A stretch of 64,000 nucleotides of DNA. Source: Opitutales bacterium. GTDB lineage: Bacteria > Verrucomicrobiota > Verrucomicrobiia > Opitutales > Seribacteraceae. The stretch covers positions 6,168-70,167 of the forward strand of contig JAOHKZ010000007.1 in NCBI GenBank assembly GCA_028101545.1, written 5' to 3'. Shown in pieces: positions 1-9,426 of the stretch (positions are counted from its first letter, which is position 1; each line of letters opens with the position of its first letter). The notes beneath the pieces were generated by a model, which saw only the letters and a program-made list of their open reading frames with translations, was not told the origin of the DNA and searched no databases. The translations under genes and the position numbers were made by a program.

Positions 1-1293
1 CATTGATTCAAAACAACAACCCAATTCATAAATTGCATCTTTTTTTCTTTCATCCATTACTTGAATCTCATTTTTTAAGAGAGAAAATTGCTCAATAGCA
101 AGATCGTGGAAATTTTTTCTACTGTAAGCTCGTCCGAGGTATAGAATTGAATCCAATCGAACTTTAGCATTTCTTTGGGCAAGTTGAAAATGAGAGAGGC
201 AATTATCATAATCTTCATTTTCAAAAAGGTTTATGCCAAGTTCATATCGGTATCCGTAGTCGTTAGGGTATCGTTGTACAAGTGATTCCAACTGACTTTT
301 TTCATAAAGCTTTTTTTGAGAAATCGCATTTTTCCAGGATTCTTTTGTTTCTGAATCATCAGGATTGGCAACATGGGCTTTCTCCCATTCCTGAATGGAA
401 TTATCAAAATATTCCAGGGTTAAGACTCTTTCTTTTTCTTCAAGTGATACATCCCCCTGTCCTGCTGGTTGTTTTCTTGCTTCCTGAAGCCAAGCAATAG
501 AATTTTCCAAGTCTCCATAACGATGATAGTACTCACTTAAAAGGAGGTAATTATTGAGTATCCCAGGCTCTTGTTCGAGTTTTTCGTAAGTTTGCCTAAT
601 TAGCTCTTCAAGTCCTTTGGAATCGGTTACCGCTTTTGCCTGCTGTTCAAGAGCCTGAGTTTCCGATTCATCTTTTAGTTGAGTCCTAAAATCTTCCGAT
701 TCCTCCCATTTCCCTTTATTCATTGCAACCGCAACAGATGCTCTTTTCATTAAATCTACTGCGTCACCGTCAGTAGGTTGGATTTTTAAAATCGCGTTAC
801 CTGTCTCAATTGCCTTTTCGGTATTACCGGAATCTAGATATGCATTTCCAAGTTCCTTTAGGTTTTTAATATTGGTCGGGTGAATTTTACGAATAGTTTC
901 ATAAGCAAAAACTACTGTTTCCCTCATTCCCAGAAGGTTAGCTGCTTCGGCAAGCATTTCATGTGCAACAACATTACCTGGATTTTTTTCAATAAGAGCT
1001 TCGGCTTTTACCAGCGTGCCTTCCGGATCCTTTTCGCTTTTTCCTCCGAACATAAAAGGGACTGAGGTTACTTTTCCTAAAAGATTATTGAGCCCTTTTG
1101 TTGATCCTTGAACACTTTTTATTTGAAGTGCACGAAGTTTTTTACGCAATTCAAGACAACCTTGTGATTGCTTTAAAATAGAACCATATATTTCCAATGT
1201 GTAGGACAAGTTTGTTTGCATTGCAGCATCAGCAGCTAAAAGTTGCTTAACTTGGCGAGGATCTAATTGGGCAATCGGGATCTCCTGAATCAT
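1..1293 (-). CDS. Tetratricopeptide-repeat protein, 3' end outside the window
   Basis: Not in the ORF track. Hand translation from ATG at 1293 (MIQEIPIAQLDPRQ...) stays open to base 1, with TPR-like helices (LKELGNAYLDSGNTEKAI, YRYELGINLFENEDYDNC, ILYLGRAYSRKNFHDLAIEQF). Confidence 0.85.
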   Translation of the reverse strand, partial: MIQEIPIAQLDPRQVKQLLAADAAMQTNLSYTLEIYGSILKQSQGCLELRKKLRALQIKSVQGSTKGLNNLLGKVTSVPFMFGGKSEKDPEGTLVKAEALIEKNPGNVVAHEMLAEAANLLGMRETVVFAYETIRKIHPTNIKNLKELGNAYLDSGNTEKAIETGNAILKIQPTDGDAVDLMKRASVAVAMNKGKWEESEDFRTQLKDESETQALEQQAKAVTDSKGLEELIRQTYEKLEQEPGILNNYLLLSEYYHRYGDLENSIAWLQEARKQPAGQGDVSLEEKERVLTLEYFDNSIQEWEKAHVANPDDSETKESWKNAISQKKLYEKSQLESLVQRYPNDYGYRYELGINLFENEDYDNCLSHFQLAQRNAKVRLDSILYLGRAYSRKNFHDLAIEQFSLLKNEIQVMDERKKDAIYELGCCFESM

Positions 1294-1359
1294 TAGTATA
1301 ATATTATTGGGTGTAAAAAGTCGGGAGAGTAATATTCAATCTATTAAATTGTAAAATTT

Positions 1360-2676
1360 TTACAATGTTTTTTCAATTATTTCAGCAATTGCTTGATAGG
1401 CATTATTCGCTTTCTCGGAGTCAACGGCTTCAACGAGCAATCTTATTTTTGGTTCAGTTCCAGAGTATCGAAGTAAGATTCTACCATGTTCGCCAAGAGA
1501 AACTTTAGCTTTTTGAAAAATTGAATGTAATTCTTCACAATCTTTGATTGGAATTTTTTGTTTAACTAAAAACGAACCTTCTACGCTCGGCCAAAGTATA
1601 ATTTGATTGCTCAATGAATGAATGCTTTGTTTCGATTCATAGGATGCTCGAGTAACCATTAAAGCTGTTAATAATCCATCTCCTGTAGGCAGATATTGAC
1701 TGGCAACAACATGACCGGATGATTCTCCCCCTAAATTAAGGCATTTTTCTCTCATCATTTCGGCAACTTTTCGGTCGCCCACATCTGCTCTATGTAAATT
1801 TATTCCTTTTTTCTTTAGACTTGCATCAAGCCCCGAGTTGCTATGAACGGTTGCGACAAAACCTTTTTGAGGAAGACGGTTATGTTTATCTTCATTAATT
1901 GCGAGTAGGCCGAGAATTTTGTCACCGGGAATTACCTTGCCATTTGAATTGCAGAAAATAACTCGATCGCCATCCCCATCATGTGCGAAACCAAAGTCAG
2001 CGTTTAATTCTTTCACTTTTTGTGACATTATTTTCGGGTGTTCTGATCCCGCTTTTTCATTAATTTCTCCAGAATTTAAATTAATTGTATGTATTTCAGC
2101 ACCCAACTCTCTAAGCACAATTGGGGTAGTTTGCTGAGTCGCTCCATTTGATAAATCAATAACGATCTTTTTTTGCTTAAGCATATTTGCGGGGAATAGG
2201 CCTAAAATATATTTTATGTATGAATCTATAATTTCAATGGATTCAGTTTCGATAACCTGTAATTTTCTTTTTTTAATGTAAATTTTCTTCTCGATACTTT
2301 CTTCCTCAGAATTGCTTAACTTTTTACCTTCTGCTGAGAAAAATTTAAAGCCATTATCCTTAGCGGGGTTATGTGATGCAGTAATCATAACGCCCATGGA
2401 CATTTTTTTCTCCATTACTCCAAATGCCAAAGCTGGCGTAGGTAAAACTCCAGCGGAAATCCCGTAAAAGCCATTTTCTTTTAATCCTTGATTAAATGAG
2501 CTTAAGAGAATTTTGCCAGACGGGCGTGTATCTCTCCCAATGAGCACTTTATTACCTTGGATATTCTTTTCTTTCATAAATTTTCCAAGTGCTTCCCCTA
2601 ATGCAAATGAGAAGTTTTCATTCAAAAAAGTTTTCTCAAAAGTTGAGCGAATTCCATCCGTTCCAAAGTATTTCAT
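1360..2676 (-). CDS. glmM: Phosphoglucosamine mutase
   Basis: N-terminal YFGTDGIR, catalytic TASHNP, metal loop DGDGDR, GGESSGH, C-terminal RYSGTEPKIR. Confidence 0.95.
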   Translation of the reverse strand: MKYFGTDGIRSTFEKTFLNENFSFALGEALGKFMKEKNIQGNKVLIGRDTRPSGKILLSSFNQGLKENGFYGISAGVLPTPALAFGVMEKKMSMGVMITASHNPAKDNGFKFFSAEGKKLSNSEEESIEKKIYIKKRKLQVIETESIEIIDSYIKYILGLFPANMLKQKKIVIDLSNGATQQTTPIVLRELGAEIHTINLNSGEINEKAGSEHPKIMSQKVKELNADFGFAHDGDGDRVIFCNSNGKVIPGDKILGLLAINEDKHNRLPQKGFVATVHSNSGLDASLKKKGINLHRADVGDRKVAEMMREKCLNLGGESSGHVVASQYLPTGDGLLTALMVTRASYESKQSIHSLSNQIILWPSVEGSFLVKQKIPIKDCEELHSIFQKAKVSLGEHGRILLRYSGTEPKIRLLVEAVDSEKANNAYQAIAEIIEKTL

Positions 2677-2682
2677 GTTAAA

Positions 2683-3738
2683 TTATTTAAAAAAAGCAGT
2701 AACTTTTTCCACCCATGTTTTAACAGTACCGTCTTGTAGTAATTTTTTGGCTAACTCCACTCCTTCCTCTAAATTATCAGTTCTCCCGGTGGTAAGAAAC
2801 GCCAAAGATGCATTCATTAGTATGGAATCTGTAAGTCCTGTTGAGGCATTACCATTTAAGAGTTGTTCCATTATTTGTAGGTTTTTAGATAAATCTCCTC
2901 CTGCAATGTGTTCAATGGGAGCTGGTTCAAAACCAAATTGTTCAAGCCCCCAAATAGTCTTTTTAGTAGATGAGTTTTGACCGAAGCCCTGCACTATATT
3001 TTCCCCGCAAGAACTTAATTCATCAATGCCTTGAACAGTGGGGTTTCCTTTTATGATTCCGTGAATGACAAAACCACCTTTTTTACCTGATTGATCTAGA
3101 GATTCACTTATTTTGGAAACTAGTTTTTCTGAATATACTCCAAGTAATTGATATCCTGGTCGAGCGGGGTTGATCATTGGTCCAAGTATATTAAAAATTG
3201 ATATAATCCCTTTTTTCGCTAGTTCTTTTCGAACGGGGGCAATGTGTTTAAATGCAGGATGAAATGCAGGTGCGAAAAGAAAAGCGTAATTTAAAAATTT
3301 TACGCCTTCTTGCCTTTTATTCTTTTCTACCTCAAGAGGGATACCAATTGCCTCTAAGAGATCTGCACTACCGCATTTTGAACTGATTGACCGATTGCCA
3401 TGTTTAATTACAGGGATCCCAGCAGCAGCTAAAATAAATGAAACAAAAGTTGAAATATTAAAACTCCCTGCCTTGTCTCCACCTGTGCCGCATAGGTCGA
3501 TTGCGTTTTCTGAAAAATCCGAAAGTTCTGGATCCGTAGAGAGTTTAAGGAAGTAATGAATAAAAGAAGCAATTTCAGATATGGTTTCTCCTTTTTGGGA
3601 AAAAGAAATTAAAAAGCTTTCCTTATCAGAAAAATCAATCTGTTCCGAAACAAGCATATCAATAGAAAGTTTGATTTGTTCTTTAGTTAAATTTTCTCTC
3701 CTTTTTAAAATAGCCGTTAGGTTTTTTAAGGTGTCCAT
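2683..3738 (-). CDS. trpD: Anthranilate phosphoribosyltransferase
   Basis: DLCGTGGD, FNIST, KHGNRSISSKCGSADLLEA, FAPAFHPA and FNILGP motifs. Confidence 0.96.
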   Translation of the reverse strand: MDTLKNLTAILKRRENLTKEQIKLSIDMLVSEQIDFSDKESFLISFSQKGETISEIASFIHYFLKLSTDPELSDFSENAIDLCGTGGDKAGSFNISTFVSFILAAAGIPVIKHGNRSISSKCGSADLLEAIGIPLEVEKNKRQEGVKFLNYAFLFAPAFHPAFKHIAPVRKELAKKGIISIFNILGPMINPARPGYQLLGVYSEKLVSKISESLDQSGKKGGFVIHGIIKGNPTVQGIDELSSCGENIVQGFGQNSSTKKTIWGLEQFGFEPAPIEHIAGGDLSKNLQIMEQLLNGNASTGLTDSILMNASLAFLTTGRTDNLEEGVELAKKLLQDGTVKTWVEKVTAFFK

Positions 3739-3820
3739 AAATAAATGTGAGGAATATTTTTAATAATTAGTCCAAAAGATATTCTTGCTCTTTTGGGAAA
3801 CAAAGTTTGTAGAGCTTTTA

Positions 3821-4789
3821 ATGCTTATTCGCCAACATTTTTTTATTACTGTGGTTGTGTTGTTCTTACTTTCTGGAGGAGCTGTGCTAAGTCAGCCAAT
3901 AATTAGTAGCTTAACCGAAGAATCAAATGAACAACTAGATTCCAACCATACCATGAGTTACACCGATGCCCTCATTTATGGATTGGTTGAAGGTGTTACC
4001 GAATTTCTTCCAATATCATCAACGGGTCATCTGGTTGTCGTCAGCGAATTTCTTTCTTCAAAAGAGGGTAATCAGGAAGCTTTAAATGCTTATTTGATTG
4101 TCATTCAGGCGGGTGCAATTATGGCAGTTGCTTTGCTTTATCGAAAAGATGTCTGGTCGATGATATTAGGTTTATTGGGAATGGATCCGCGAGGTAAAAG
4201 ATTAGCAATGCATGTGATTATAGCTTTTATACCTGCTGCTATTCTTGGACCATTATTGGATGATAAAATAGAAAAATTTCTTTTTGGGCTCTTACCAATC
4301 GCGGTTGCTTTATTTATTGGTGCAATTTTTATGCATTGGGCGGAAAGAAGAAAAAAAACAAAGGATGCGGGAATCATGGTTGAACATGGACGAACATTAG
4401 ACGATTTAACTTTACCCCAATCATTATTTATTGGTTTCATGCAATGCGTAGCAATGTGTCCGGGGACTAGTAGGTCAATGATGACTATTGTGGGTGGTTA
4501 TTTAGTTGGGTTACAAAGAAAAAAGGCTGCTGAATTTAGTTTTCTTTTAGGTTTGGTAACTTTAAGTGCAGCGGCAGGGTATAAAATTCTTACTAAGTGG
4601 GAAGTCATGGAAGAATATTTATCCATTGGACCTATTTTTTTTGGTTGTTTAGTTGCGGGTATATCAGCAGCACTCTCTGTATTTTGGTTGGTTGGCTATC
4701 TGTCTAGGCGTGGATTGGGGATTTTTGTTTGGTATAGAATTGTTCTTTCCCTAGTTCTTTTTACCATTTATTTTAATTCTCATTCTTAA
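3821..4789 (+). CDS. uppP: Undecaprenyl-diphosphate phosphatase (BacA family); start uncertain (3785, 3821 or 3953)
   Basis: GLVEGVTEFLPISSTGHL, IQAGAI, PGTSRS and AAEFSFLL motifs; multiple TM segments. Confidence 0.93.
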   Translation: MLIRQHFFITVVVLFLLSGGAVLSQPIISSLTEESNEQLDSNHTMSYTDALIYGLVEGVTEFLPISSTGHLVVVSEFLSSKEGNQEALNAYLIVIQAGAIMAVALLYRKDVWSMILGLLGMDPRGKRLAMHVIIAFIPAAILGPLLDDKIEKFLFGLLPIAVALFIGAIFMHWAERRKKTKDAGIMVEHGRTLDDLTLPQSLFIGFMQCVAMCPGTSRSMMTIVGGYLVGLQRKKAAEFSFLLGLVTLSAAAGYKILTKWEVMEEYLSIGPIFFGCLVAGISAALSVFWLVGYLSRRGLGIFVWYRIVLSLVLFTIYFNSHS

Positions 4790-4848
4790 TTTCCTTAGCT
4801 TGACCAATTTTATTAATCATGCTTGGATGATTCTTTATTTTATAAGTT

Positions 4849-5025
4849 ATGGGACAGCCAAAAAGAAAACATTCTAAACAGCGAAGCAGAAAGCGTCGTG
4901 GTGCGAACCGCTTCCAAGAACCTCAACTTGCCAAAGAACCCGATGGAACTTTGATTCGCCCACATCGCGTCAATCCTGAGACTGGTCAGTACCGTGGCAG
5001 GCAGGTTCTTGATGTAGAGGTATAA
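4849..5025 (+). CDS. rpmF: 50S ribosomal protein L32 (58 aa, cysteine-free form)
   Basis: Below the ORF-track cutoff. Hand translation MGQPKRKHSKQRSRKRRGANRFQEPQLAKEPDGTLIRPHRVNPETGQYRGRQVLDVEV; canonical position before plsX. Confidence 0.95.
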   Translation: MGQPKRKHSKQRSRKRRGANRFQEPQLAKEPDGTLIRPHRVNPETGQYRGRQVLDVEV

Positions 5026-5042
5026 TTTTTTAGTGCTTCGGC

Positions 5043-6110
5043 ATGGATAAGACCGAGGCTCGAATAAAGCTTGCCATAGATGCTATGGGAAGCGACTTAG
5101 GACCTTCTGAAATTTTAGAAGGAGTTGCTCAGGCTGTTGATCGCTCTCCTTGGAATACTGAGTTTATGTTGTTCGGGAGAGAAGAGGTAGTTGAGCCTAT
5201 TATTGCTTCCCATCCTATATTATCCCGTTCAAAGATTGAATTTGTACATTCCCCGGAGGTTGTTGGAATGGAGGAAAAGCCTATAGCCGGCATTAAGGGA
5301 AAGAAAAAATCTTCCATGAGCTTAGCATTGCAGGCTTTGAAAGATGGTGAAGCTGATGCGTTGTTAAGTTGCGGTAATACCGGGTGTTTAATGGCAGGTG
5401 GAGCTATAAAATTAAGAACACTTGATGGGGTTGAGAGACCAGCCTTATGTACTATATGGCCCGGTCGAGAAAGATACTTTACTCTCTTGGATGCTGGTGC
5501 CAACCCACATGCCAAACCATTCCATATTGCTCAAAGTGCAGTGCTTGGTTCAAATTATGCAAGGGTAGCTCTTGGGTTAGTAAGACCTAAGGTTGGGCTT
5601 CTTACCATTGGAACCGAAGAGGGTAAGGGAAATGAGGTTATCCATGAAACACACGAGATGTTAAAGGATATTGATGGGAGTATCATAAATTATGCGGGAT
5701 TAATTGAAGGATTTCAAATTTTTGAAAATGTGGTCGATGTCGTAGTCTGTGATGGTTTTGTTGGTAATATTGTACTCAAAGCCTGTGAGTCATTGAGTAA
5801 ATTAATCGGAAGTTTTCTTGATGAGGAACTTAGGCGAAATGCATTGAGGAAAACGGGAGCACTTTTGTCCAAGGGTGCATTTAGAAGTTTAAAACAAAGA
5901 ATAAACCCCGAACAATTTGGCGGAGCACCCTTGCTTGGGCTTACAAAAAATGTTATAAAAGCTCATGGATCTTCAAACCGTAATCATGTAAGTGGAGCTA
6001 TTAAAATTGCTTTAGATCTTGTGCAGCATGATATGTTAACACAGGTTCTTGATGATGTACATGAAGCGAATGAAATCCTTCGACCTGAACCGCTTTTAAA
6101 TAGAGATTAA
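5043..6110 (+). CDS. plsX: Phosphate acyltransferase PlsX
   Basis: AIDAMGSD, SCGNTG, LDAGAN, GTEEGKGN, DGFVGN and KAHGSS motifs; rpmF-plsX-fabH synteny. Confidence 0.96.
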   Translation: MDKTEARIKLAIDAMGSDLGPSEILEGVAQAVDRSPWNTEFMLFGREEVVEPIIASHPILSRSKIEFVHSPEVVGMEEKPIAGIKGKKKSSMSLALQALKDGEADALLSCGNTGCLMAGGAIKLRTLDGVERPALCTIWPGRERYFTLLDAGANPHAKPFHIAQSAVLGSNYARVALGLVRPKVGLLTIGTEEGKGNEVIHETHEMLKDIDGSIINYAGLIEGFQIFENVVDVVVCDGFVGNIVLKACESLSKLIGSFLDEELRRNALRKTGALLSKGAFRSLKQRINPEQFGGAPLLGLTKNVIKAHGSSNRNHVSGAIKIALDLVQHDMLTQVLDDVHEANEILRPEPLLNRD

Positions 6111-6111
6111 C

Positions 6112-7110
6112 ATGTCGATTGAATCACATAAACCTACAAGTATCATAAGTGGTGTTGGTTCATATGTACCATCTCAGGTGGTAGATAATGTTACCTTAAG
6201 TAAAAAAGTTGATACGAGTGATGAATGGATAAGATCACGAACGGGGATAAAGCAGAGAAGATTTGCAACCGAGAAAGAGGCAACTAGTGACCTCGCTTTT
6301 ATTGCATCTCAAAATGCGTTAAGTGATGCAGGAAAGAAGCCCAACGATATTGATTTAGTTATTGTTGCCACTATCACTCCAGATATGGCATTTCCTTCAA
6401 CCGCTTGTCTTATTCAGCATAGATTAGGTATACCAAAAGTTGCTTGTTTTGATATTGAGGCAGCCTGTTCAGGATTTCTATATGCTTTGGACATTGCTGA
6501 TGGTATGCTTAGTAGCGGTCGTTTCAAATGTGCTTTGGTGGTTGGTGCGGAAAAACTTTCAAGTATAATGGATTGGGAGGACCGAACAACATGCGTTTTA
6601 TTTGGAGATGGTGCCGGTGCAGCAGTTTTGACAAATTCCGGCGAAGGTCCTCAGCTTATTGGCTTTAAGAGTGGGGCAGACGGTTCGAATCCAACTCTTT
6701 TGCATCAACCTGCGGGTGGTTCTCTAGAGCCTGCATCTATGAAAAGCCTTGATGCAAGGGGTCATTTTTTAAAAATGAATGGTCGTGAAATTTTTAAATC
6801 TGCTGTTCGTGTAATGAGTACAGCTGCACGAGAACTTTTATCTGAAAATGGTTTTAGTGTAGATGATGTTGATCACATAATTCCTCACCAAGCAAATGCA
6901 AGAATAGTCGAAAGTCTGTCTCAAAGACTAGCTATTCCATTGGACAAGTTTTTTTGTAATCTTGATAAATATGGAAATACCTCAGCTGCATCTATTCCAA
7001 TTGCTTTTGATGAAGCAACAAAGGCATCTATTTTTAAGCAGGGACAATTGGGTTTATTTGTGGCATTTGGAGCAGGCTTGACTTGGTCCGCCGTTCTTGT
7101 TCGTTTTTAA
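6112..7110 (+). CDS. fabH: 3-oxoacyl-ACP synthase III
   Basis: Catalytic triad motifs AACSGF, PHQAN and GNTSAAS; FGAGLTW. Confidence 0.96.
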   Translation: MSIESHKPTSIISGVGSYVPSQVVDNVTLSKKVDTSDEWIRSRTGIKQRRFATEKEATSDLAFIASQNALSDAGKKPNDIDLVIVATITPDMAFPSTACLIQHRLGIPKVACFDIEAACSGFLYALDIADGMLSSGRFKCALVVGAEKLSSIMDWEDRTTCVLFGDGAGAAVLTNSGEGPQLIGFKSGADGSNPTLLHQPAGGSLEPASMKSLDARGHFLKMNGREIFKSAVRVMSTAARELLSENGFSVDDVDHIIPHQANARIVESLSQRLAIPLDKFFCNLDKYGNTSAASIPIAFDEATKASIFKQGQLGLFVAFGAGLTWSAVLVRF

Positions 7111-7126
7111 TAATATTATAAATTTA

Positions 7127-8242
7127 ATGAAACAACTTAATATACTTATCTGCATTTCACTTATCTTGTCATTTAGCCCTCTTTGGTCTGTTTCTCCTGG
7201 TGACAATAGAAATAACCGCAATTCTTTATCTGATGATAAAGTACATTTGTTTCCTGGTACTGGATTTTTTAAAAAGAATCGAGATCCTTTAGATAATGCT
7301 CAAGCACAAGAATGGTTTCTAGATGCTGAAGCTGCTGACTCTTCTGGTGATTTTGGAAACGCACTTTCTTTGTATGAGAAGTTTTCTAAGAGAAGATCTG
7401 ATTTTCGGATAGTAAGAAATAACGAGGAAATTCAGATCGGACCTGAATCTCTTTACCGAGCATCAAATCTGCGGGAAAAAAGGGGTGATTGGCAAAAAGC
7501 TTTTGAACACCTTCGACTGATTGCCGAAGCTTATACAGATTACGATTTTGAAAGGGTTGCTGAATCATTGATGAGGATCGCAGAACGATTAGCTAAAGAA
7601 AAATTACCTCGTAAATGGGGAGTGCTTCCTCGATTCCGGTCCGGAAGCCAGGATCGATTGAGGCTCAATCAAATTGCGGGTCTTGCTAGGGGGCCAAGAT
7701 TTGCACCAAGAGCACTTATGGCATTGTCTGAAATTGCTTTAAAAGATAATAAAGAAGAAGAGGCAGTCGATGCGCTGGAGAGATTGACTAATTTATATCC
7801 TGATAATTACCTTTGTGAGGAAGCCTATTTTATTTTAGCTAAAATATTTGAGGATCGAGTTGCCGGCCCTTCTTATGATCAGGGGGCAACTTTAAAAGCG
7901 CTAAATTTTTATGAGGATTATTTGATACTCTTCGCTGAATCTCCCCCGCAAAGTAAACACGAAGAATTGGAAGATTATAAAGTTCGGTTAGCAGATGCAA
8001 AGGAGCGTGTTTTGCTTGCTGAGGAAAGTCGAAAAAAAATGCGCGAGACACTTGCAGCAAGTAAGGTTGTAGTTGGAGAATATATAGAGAAGTATGGAAA
8101 ATATTACCTTGTAAATTGGAAAGAATTAGGCGATCGCCCGGCCTTACAATTTTATAATGAAGCAATAACTATTGCCCCCGAATCAAAAGCTGCAAGAGAA
8201 GCCGAAAGTAAAGTAGCAAAATTACGAAGCGGCGATGAATAA
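7127..8242 (+). CDS. BamD-like TPR outer-membrane assembly protein
   Basis: Signal peptide from the likely ATG at 7127, TPR helices, BamD-like 'GPSYDQGATLKALNFYEDYLILF' segment; upstream of an lptE-like gene. Confidence 0.7.
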   Translation: MKQLNILICISLILSFSPLWSVSPGDNRNNRNSLSDDKVHLFPGTGFFKKNRDPLDNAQAQEWFLDAEAADSSGDFGNALSLYEKFSKRRSDFRIVRNNEEIQIGPESLYRASNLREKRGDWQKAFEHLRLIAEAYTDYDFERVAESLMRIAERLAKEKLPRKWGVLPRFRSGSQDRLRLNQIAGLARGPRFAPRALMALSEIALKDNKEEEAVDALERLTNLYPDNYLCEEAYFILAKIFEDRVAGPSYDQGATLKALNFYEDYLILFAESPPQSKHEELEDYKVRLADAKERVLLAEESRKKMRETLAASKVVVGEYIEKYGKYYLVNWKELGDRPALQFYNEAITIAPESKAAREAESKVAKLRSGDE

Positions 8243-8744
8243 ATTTTTTTGGTTAAAATTTTTTTTGGTCTATCTTTTTTTCTCAGGATGTAAATATAAA
8301 AGCTCCAATCCAAGATTTAGTGGAGAGAAAAGTATTTATATTGAGGTTGTTCAAAATGACACATTAGCACCTCAAATCGGGCCTTTATTAGCGCATAAAT
8401 TACGAGAACATATTGTTCGTAGAGGTCACTTTGACATTACATCGAATCCTAGTAAAGGAGACTTATTTATTCAGGTTGCTTTAAGGAATTATACCAAAAG
8501 TTCTGAAATTTATGACCCCAAAGACACGATAATAGCTGCCGGTTTTCGTTTAAATATTAATGCAGAGGTTTCACTTTCAAATCGTAATGGAAAGCTTTTA
8601 ATTGATAAAGCTTTAGTAAATGAAAAAGTTTCCGTTTTAAGAAAAGATTCACTAACAAAACCTTTAGATAGGCAGGCACTCCTATCATTATCTGAATCCT
8701 TGGGTAAACAAATTTCACAACTTATAGAAAATTTCAAGTGGTGA
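8235..8744 (+). CDS. lptE: LptE-family lipoprotein (LPS assembly)
   Basis: Lipobox FSGC, 169 aa, LptE-like pattern (IYIEVVQNDT..., DLFIQVALRNY); overlaps the upstream stop. Confidence 0.7.
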   Translation: MNKFFWLKFFLVYLFFSGCKYKSSNPRFSGEKSIYIEVVQNDTLAPQIGPLLAHKLREHIVRRGHFDITSNPSKGDLFIQVALRNYTKSSEIYDPKDTIIAAGFRLNINAEVSLSNRNGKLLIDKALVNEKVSVLRKDSLTKPLDRQALLSLSESLGKQISQLIENFKW

Positions 8745-8760
8745 CTACTGAAATATAATT

Positions 8761-9426
8761 ATGGAAAAAATACTAGCCCCTTCAATATTAGCTGGTAACC
8801 ATGCTAATTTAAAAAACGCCCTCAAAATTGCTGAAACAGATCAGCGCAAGTGGATACACTTGGATATTATGGACGGGCATTTTGTCCCTAATTTGAGTTT
8901 TGGCCCGCAAACAGTTGCTGATTTAAGAGAAGGGTCCGAACTTTTTTTTGATGTTCATTTGATGTTGGATAATCCCCATCTTTATATAGATGCCTTTTCC
9001 AAGGCAGGAGCCGACCTTATAACCATCCATATCGAACCTTCATATGATCATTTGGAAGCTATCAATCATATTCGCTCTTTAGATAAAAAAGTGGGTGTCG
9101 CCATAAATCCTAGTACGCCAGTTGACGATATTTTAAATATTATTAATTCTGTAAAACTTGACTTAGTTTTATGTATGACTGTTAACCCAGGTTTTGGTGG
9201 GCAAAGTTTTATTCATGATGTGCTAGAGAAAGTTGAAAAACTTGCTGCTATACGAGATGAAATATCAAACAATTACATGATTGAAGTAGATGGGGGCGTT
9301 GGTCCTGAGCATGTACAGTTATGTTTAGACTCGGGTGTAGACGTTTTTGTTGCTGGAACCGCTTACTTTAAAAGAAGTGAATCCGAACGCAGGGCATTTG
9401 CCGAGTCTGTAGGAGAGAATATTTAA
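8761..9426 (+). CDS. rpe: Ribulose-phosphate 3-epimerase
   Basis: [36 protein letters not shown] and EVDGG motifs. Confidence 0.97.
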   Translation: MEKILAPSILAGNHANLKNALKIAETDQRKWIHLDIMDGHFVPNLSFGPQTVADLREGSELFFDVHLMLDNPHLYIDAFSKAGADLITIHIEPSYDHLEAINHIRSLDKKVGVAINPSTPVDDILNIINSVKLDLVLCMTVNPGFGGQSFIHDVLEKVEKLAAIRDEISNNYMIEVDGGVGPEHVQLCLDSGVDVFVAGTAYFKRSESERRAFAESVGENI

